DNA of 64,000 bases from positions 32,001 to 96,000 of IMG/VR virus record IMGVR_UViG_3300021478_000019. One strand, given 5' to 3'. Made by a program: the position numbers and the translations under genes. Shown here piece by piece: positions 60,071 to 64,000 of this stretch; position 1 is the stretch's first letter, and the number at the start of each line of letters is the position of its first letter. The DNA is from a virus. The notes below the pieces were generated by a model. The model did no database searches, was not told the origin of the DNA, and saw nothing but the letters and a program-made list of their open reading frames with translations.

Positions 60071-60680
60071 GGGTCCGATAGTCCTCACTACCGATGTAGA
60101 TCACCTCGGTGGCTTCGTGGAGGAAGGAGACCAGCCCCTCGGTGTAGCGTTGGTCAAGCTGGTCTTCGCCGCAGTTGGAGGTCAGCAGGAACGGCAGTCC
60201 CCGGTTGTAGCGGAAACGAGTCAGGTCGAAGAGTTGGTTGGCAGACCAACCCGAACCTGACTCGTATTCGCGTCCGATGTCATCCAAGAGGACCCAGTCG
60301 GCGGCAGTCCGCTTGGCGCCCCCCTTGATGCGGCGAACGTGTTCCTCGATCCGGTACCACTCGTCCTGGGCCTCCTCGTTCCCGTTTTTGCCGAAGCTCG
60401 CCAGGGTGTACTGCTTCTTGACCAGTTCCACCAGGGCGGTGAACTCGATGGCCTCGATGCGGTAGTTCCTGGCCTTGGCCTCCTTCAGTACCAGGCAGGA
60501 CAGCATGGTCTTACCTACCCCCGCCGGGCCCAGGAGCGTCAGGCCGTGACCCTTGGCCCGGTTGTCGTCCAGGTTGGCGATATAGGTCGTCACCTGGTCG
60601 AGCGCATCCTGCATGTAGTCGTCGGTAACCCGGATGTCCTCCAGGGTCATGTCGCGGTATGGACCGAATATGTCACGCAT
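60045..60680 (-). CDS. dnaC: DnaC/IstB-like ATPase (helicase loader)
   Basis: GL.L.GPAGVGKT; LLDDIG.E; R.RY....P...TSN. Confidence 0.9.
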   Translation of the reverse strand: MRDIFGPYRDMTLEDIRVTDDYMQDALDQVTTYIANLDDNRAKGHGLTLLGPAGVGKTMLSCLVLKEAKARNYRIEAIEFTALVELVKKQYTLASFGKNGNEEAQDEWYRIEEHVRRIKGGAKRTAADWVLLDDIGREYESGSGWSANQLFDLTRFRYNRGLPFLLTSNCGEDQLDQRYTEGLVSFLHEATEVIYIGSEDYRTREERSAGD

Positions 60681-61087
60681 TACTGCTCCTTTCTGGTTGT
60701 GCCCCTACGCTTTTTGAACCCCGCCACTCGTTGCTTGTGGGCGATCGCCCTCGCCACCATCTGGGTCTGGAGGGAACGGCTCCAGCCGCGGGCCCAGTCA
60801 TAGAATTGCTTCCGCCCTTCGTAGATCTTTCGCCGTTCGGCGGCACTATATCCCGACCAGATCCCGTACGGCACCTCTGGGAAGTGACGGATCGACCAGC
60901 GGGCGCACGGCTTGCGTACCGGGCAGCCGATGCAGGTGGCTCGGCACAGGGCCAGGGCCTCCAGCCCGGACACCGGGCCCTCCTCAAAGTACAGGTCTCG
61001 CATGTCGCGGCACTTCCGACCGGGGTGGTCGAGGAAGTCGTAGCTGTCGGGGTCGCCGCCGTACCACCAGATGGGGATGCTGGTCAT
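60680..61087 (-). CDS. whiB: WhiB-family transcription factor
   Basis: C......F...C..CPVR..C......GIW.G.S..ER. Confidence 0.85.
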   Translation of the reverse strand: MTSIPIWWYGGDPDSYDFLDHPGRKCRDMRDLYFEEGPVSGLEALALCRATCIGCPVRKPCARWSIRHFPEVPYGIWSGYSAAERRKIYEGRKQFYDWARGWSRSLQTQMVARAIAHKQRVAGFKKRRGTTRKEQ

Positions 61088-61848
61088 GTTGCTGCGGCCC
61101 GGACCTTGGAGGGGTAGGTGATCCATGCCGACCGATTGTCCCGTACCCGTGAGACACCCACCTTGGCCTGGGCCGATAGCACCAGGCTCACCAATTCGGG
61201 CCTGTAGCTCAGGAACACCCGCCAGGCCGGGCGCCTGGACCTACCGGCCCACTGCGAGTGCTTCCCGAACTCCCACATCATGGCTTCAATAAATGTGGGC
61301 CCGAACTGCTTGTCTTTCTCCCACCACAGCCTGAGATTCCGGGCCAGGGCCGGGGTGTTGATCTCTGAAGGGACCACACGAATTCCACAGCTTGTACACA
61401 CCTTGGGGAAAACCTCGCCGGCCAGCTGGTACCAGGGACCCCTCCTGAGTTGCTTGAAAGAACTCGCCCGAGTAAATACAAGGTGCCCTTCGGGCACACT
61501 CATGTCGCTTCGGCTTCGCCTTCGCGACATGACGAGGGTCGGGGGCTCACTCAGCCGCTGCGCGGCTAAGCTATCCCCCTCTGCTGCCGGGGGCAGCGAG
61601 GTCACAGAAATAGTGCAAAGAATTTTCTGGGCCAGAGGGAGGACCCTGGTCCCCGCCTCGGTGCGGTCGAGGTAGCCAGCGTCCTCAAGCTCCTGGTACC
61701 GGGTCCTGCCGTCTGATTCCCCGGTCAGGTTGTTGACGATTTCCACAACCTCTTCGATGGGCTTCTTGATCAGCCCCCGGCGAGAAGACAGCTGGTAGAG
61801 GGTGGGAAGTACCTGAAGGGCGCGTTCATCCAGGCTGATGTTGTCCAT
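61084..61848 (-). CDS. Putative replication initiator with an N-terminal winged helix
   Basis: Heads the operon upstream of DnaC-like, DnaB and primase genes; ELEDAGYL wHTH end; assignment mainly from context. Confidence 0.5.
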   Translation of the reverse strand: MDNISLDERALQVLPTLYQLSSRRGLIKKPIEEVVEIVNNLTGESDGRTRYQELEDAGYLDRTEAGTRVLPLAQKILCTISVTSLPPAAEGDSLAAQRLSEPPTLVMSRRRSRSDMSVPEGHLVFTRASSFKQLRRGPWYQLAGEVFPKVCTSCGIRVVPSEINTPALARNLRLWWEKDKQFGPTFIEAMMWEFGKHSQWAGRSRRPAWRVFLSYRPELVSLVLSAQAKVGVSRVRDNRSAWITYPSKVRAAAT

Positions 61849-61877
61849 AAGTTATCCCCAATAAGGTCCGACGTTGG

Positions 61878-63608
61878 ATGGAACACCCCGCCACCGAGGT
61901 GGCGAGTGGAGTCGTTTTACACCCCGGCCCTGGCCCGGTCAAGGGGAGAAATACGCCCGGAACTAAGGTGCTGGTAGTGACCTATGTGGACGATCCGCGC
62001 CTGGATGAGGTGCCCGAGGAGGAGGAGTTCCTCTCCGAGGATCTGGCCGGCCTGGCGCCGGCTGCCCTCGACCCGGCTGATGCTCGCTTCGTGCAGATGC
62101 TGGTGGACCGGGTGTGGGAGTTCACGGTCATGTTCAGTGGCGTCGAGATGTTCCCGTACCAGGCTGCCCTGGGCCGGCGCATCATCGAGTCGGTCATCAG
62201 CTGCGACGGCGCCACCATCACCGGCGAGCTATCCCGCCAGAGCGGAAAAACCGAGGTGGTGGCCAACGTAGCCAGCAGTCTCATGATCCTTTTACCGCGC
62301 CTGGCGGAAATGTTCCCCGAGTTTGAGCCCCTTCAGAAATTCGCCAGGGGGGTTATGATCGGGTGCTTCGCTCCGGTCGAGCAGCAGGTGGAGACCCTCT
62401 TCGGGCGGGTGGTTGACCGGCTCACCAGTGAGCGGGCCCTGGAGATCCTTGAGGACCCCGACATCGACGACAGCGTGCGGCCCGGCTCCCGCAAGGTGCG
62501 GTTACGTAAATGCCAGAGCTTTTGCGCCATGCAAACGGCAAACCCCAGGGCAAAAATAGAATCCAAGAGCTACCACGTCATATTTGTGGACGAAAGTCAG
62601 AGCGTAGACGAATATGTTTTGAACAAATCCATCACCCCCATGGGAGCCTTCTATTTAGCTACCATGGTCATGACCGGGACCCCTGATATCGTTAAAGGTG
62701 TCTTCTACAAGACGATTCAGTTCAACAAGCGCCAGGAATTACGGCGCGGGGGCAAGAAGAACCACTTCCGCTTCGACTGGAAGTTCTGCGCCCGGTACAA
62801 CCGCAACTACGCCGCCTACATCCGGGGCGAGGCCAGTCGCATCGGGGAGGACTCCGACGAGTTCCGGCTCAACTACCGCCTGGAGTGGCTGCTGGAGCGG
62901 GGCATGCTCATCACCGAGAGCCGCCTCGACGAACTGGGCGACCCCTCCATGCCCATCGTGCCGGCCTACTGGAAGAGCCCCCTCATCGCCGGCATCGACT
63001 TCGCCCGGCGCATGGACTCCACGGTCTGCACGGTGGTGTGGGTGGACTGGGACCGGCCCGACGAACTGGGGCTGTACGACCACCGCATCCTCAACTGGCT
63101 GGAAATCCATGGCGAAGAGTGGGAGGAGCAGTACTTCCGCATCATCGATTTCCTGTCCAACTACTCTGTGATGGCGGTCGGTGTCGACGCCCAAGGGGTT
63201 GGAGACGTCGCTGCCGACCGCTTAAAGCGCCTGCTGCCCAAGATCCAGGTTGAGCCCCTGTCGTCGAACATCGGGGACCAGAGCCTGCGCTGGAAGCACC
63301 TCCAGCAGCTGCTACAGCGGGGCCTGCTGTCCTGGCCGGCCCACCCCAAGGCCAAGAAGACGAAAACCTGGCGGCGTTTTCGCCAGCAGATGATGGATGT
63401 CGAGAAGAAATATACGGGCCCCCACATGGTGGTGGAGGCGCCCGACGAGGCCGGTGTCCACGATGACTACGTCGACAGCCTGGCCTGCGCCACCATCATG
63501 TCGCAGGCTCTGATGGTGCCCGAGGTGGAGGTCCAGACCACGCCCTGGTCGGCCCCCATCCGTAGAGCTACCGGCGTGCCTCGCCAGATGCAGCGGGCCC
63601 GCCGTTAG
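61878..63608 (+). CDS. terL: Terminase large subunit; start may be about 90 nt further downstream
   Basis: Walker A SRQSGKT; Walker B VIFVDESQ; TGTP; nuclease GIDFAR..DS and HDDYVDS. Confidence 0.93.
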   Translation: MEHPATEVASGVVLHPGPGPVKGRNTPGTKVLVVTYVDDPRLDEVPEEEEFLSEDLAGLAPAALDPADARFVQMLVDRVWEFTVMFSGVEMFPYQAALGRRIIESVISCDGATITGELSRQSGKTEVVANVASSLMILLPRLAEMFPEFEPLQKFARGVMIGCFAPVEQQVETLFGRVVDRLTSERALEILEDPDIDDSVRPGSRKVRLRKCQSFCAMQTANPRAKIESKSYHVIFVDESQSVDEYVLNKSITPMGAFYLATMVMTGTPDIVKGVFYKTIQFNKRQELRRGGKKNHFRFDWKFCARYNRNYAAYIRGEASRIGEDSDEFRLNYRLEWLLERGMLITESRLDELGDPSMPIVPAYWKSPLIAGIDFARRMDSTVCTVVWVDWDRPDELGLYDHRILNWLEIHGEEWEEQYFRIIDFLSNYSVMAVGVDAQGVGDVAADRLKRLLPKIQVEPLSSNIGDQSLRWKHLQQLLQRGLLSWPAHPKAKKTKTWRRFRQQMMDVEKKYTGPHMVVEAPDEAGVHDDYVDSLACATIMSQALMVPEVEVQTTPWSAPIRRATGVPRQMQRARR

Positions 63609-63841
63609 GGGCGGTCGAGAAACCAGCCTTCTCGCTGGCGCATGATGAGCCGGTCTATCTCGGCGTTGGAGTGCTGCTCCCGTAACCGGCCTCGGGCTTC
63701 GCCCTTCTTCCAGCCGGCGTTCTTCTCGGCCTGGCGCACATCGGCATCAGCTGGGCTCTTGGCGTAGCGGCGGGGCAGAGTGTTGGTGGCGCGCTGCATG
63801 CTGGTGTCCGCAGCCCAGTCGGATCCCTCCACGATCCTCAT
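63605..63841 (-). CDS. Small hypothetical protein convergent with terL
   Basis: ORF fills the gap between terL and the next + strand gene. Confidence 0.4.
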   Translation of the reverse strand: MRIVEGSDWAADTSMQRATNTLPRRYAKSPADADVRQAEKNAGWKKGEARGRLREQHSNAEIDRLIMRQREGWFLDRP

Positions 63842-63922
63842 GGTACTTCGGGTGGCTCAGGTGGGGGGTACTGGCGTAACTAGCGTTTGTGGGAACGAGC
63901 TATCAGCTACCAAGGAGCCGCC

Positions 63923-64000
63923 ATGACTTTGGCCCCAGACCCGATGTTCCCTGAGAAGCCCAACTACCAGTACGACATGGCGCCTGGGCCCAACCGGGCC
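63923..64000 (+). CDS. Partial CDS truncated by the window end
   Basis: RBS AAGGAG then MTLAPDPMFPEKPNYQYD... Confidence 0.65.
   Translation, partial: MTLAPDPMFPEKPNYQYDMAPGPNRA

Larger units (their letters stand above)
1..64000. mobile_element. Segment of a large contractile-tailed, probably temperate, actinobacteriophage genome
   Basis: Terminase, baseplate J and gp25-like genes, a complete phage replication module, two WhiB genes, a serine integrase and dense small overlapping ORFs; no host housekeeping operons. Confidence 0.95.

Overview
The whole window is a segment of a large, high-GC, contractile-tailed bacteriophage. The host is most likely in the Actinomycetota, given two WhiB genes, leaderless SigA-type promoters and an Rpf-like LysM lytic transglycosylase. 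No host chromosome is visible. Layout: (1) 1-17.8 kb, an early/accessory region of many small genes transcribed divergently from about 10.9 kb, with an ArdC-type antirestriction gene, a HARP-like gene and a SNF2 ATPase; a repeated GACTTGCA-type promoter sits 6-7 nt before start codons (12 clear copies in the window). (2) About 1 kb of non-coding DNA at 17.85-18.85 kb. (3) 18.8-33 kb, small genes, a cluster of HTH genes, a large serine recombinase with a candidate intact attP, a LysM/Rpf-like enzyme and a ParB-like operon. (4) 33.3-44.4 kb, baseplate and tail genes. (5) 44.5-61.8 kb, a recombination/replication module (RuvC, Cas4-like nuclease, Hjc-like, RecA, PolA, SSB, SNF2, primase, DnaB, DnaC-like). 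(6) Terminase large subunit. Leading candidates for new biology: a promoter-to-terminator small RNA beside the integrase whose unpaired core is complementary to AUGAC-type translation starts of phage genes; a small protein ending in Gly-Gly coupled to a Cys-His-Asp partner; a shared RR(L/I)(I)RR terminal peptide on several DNA-metabolism proteins; and a PolA with a zinc finger inserted in its exonuclease domain. All product calls come from motif recognition by eye; no database searches were run.
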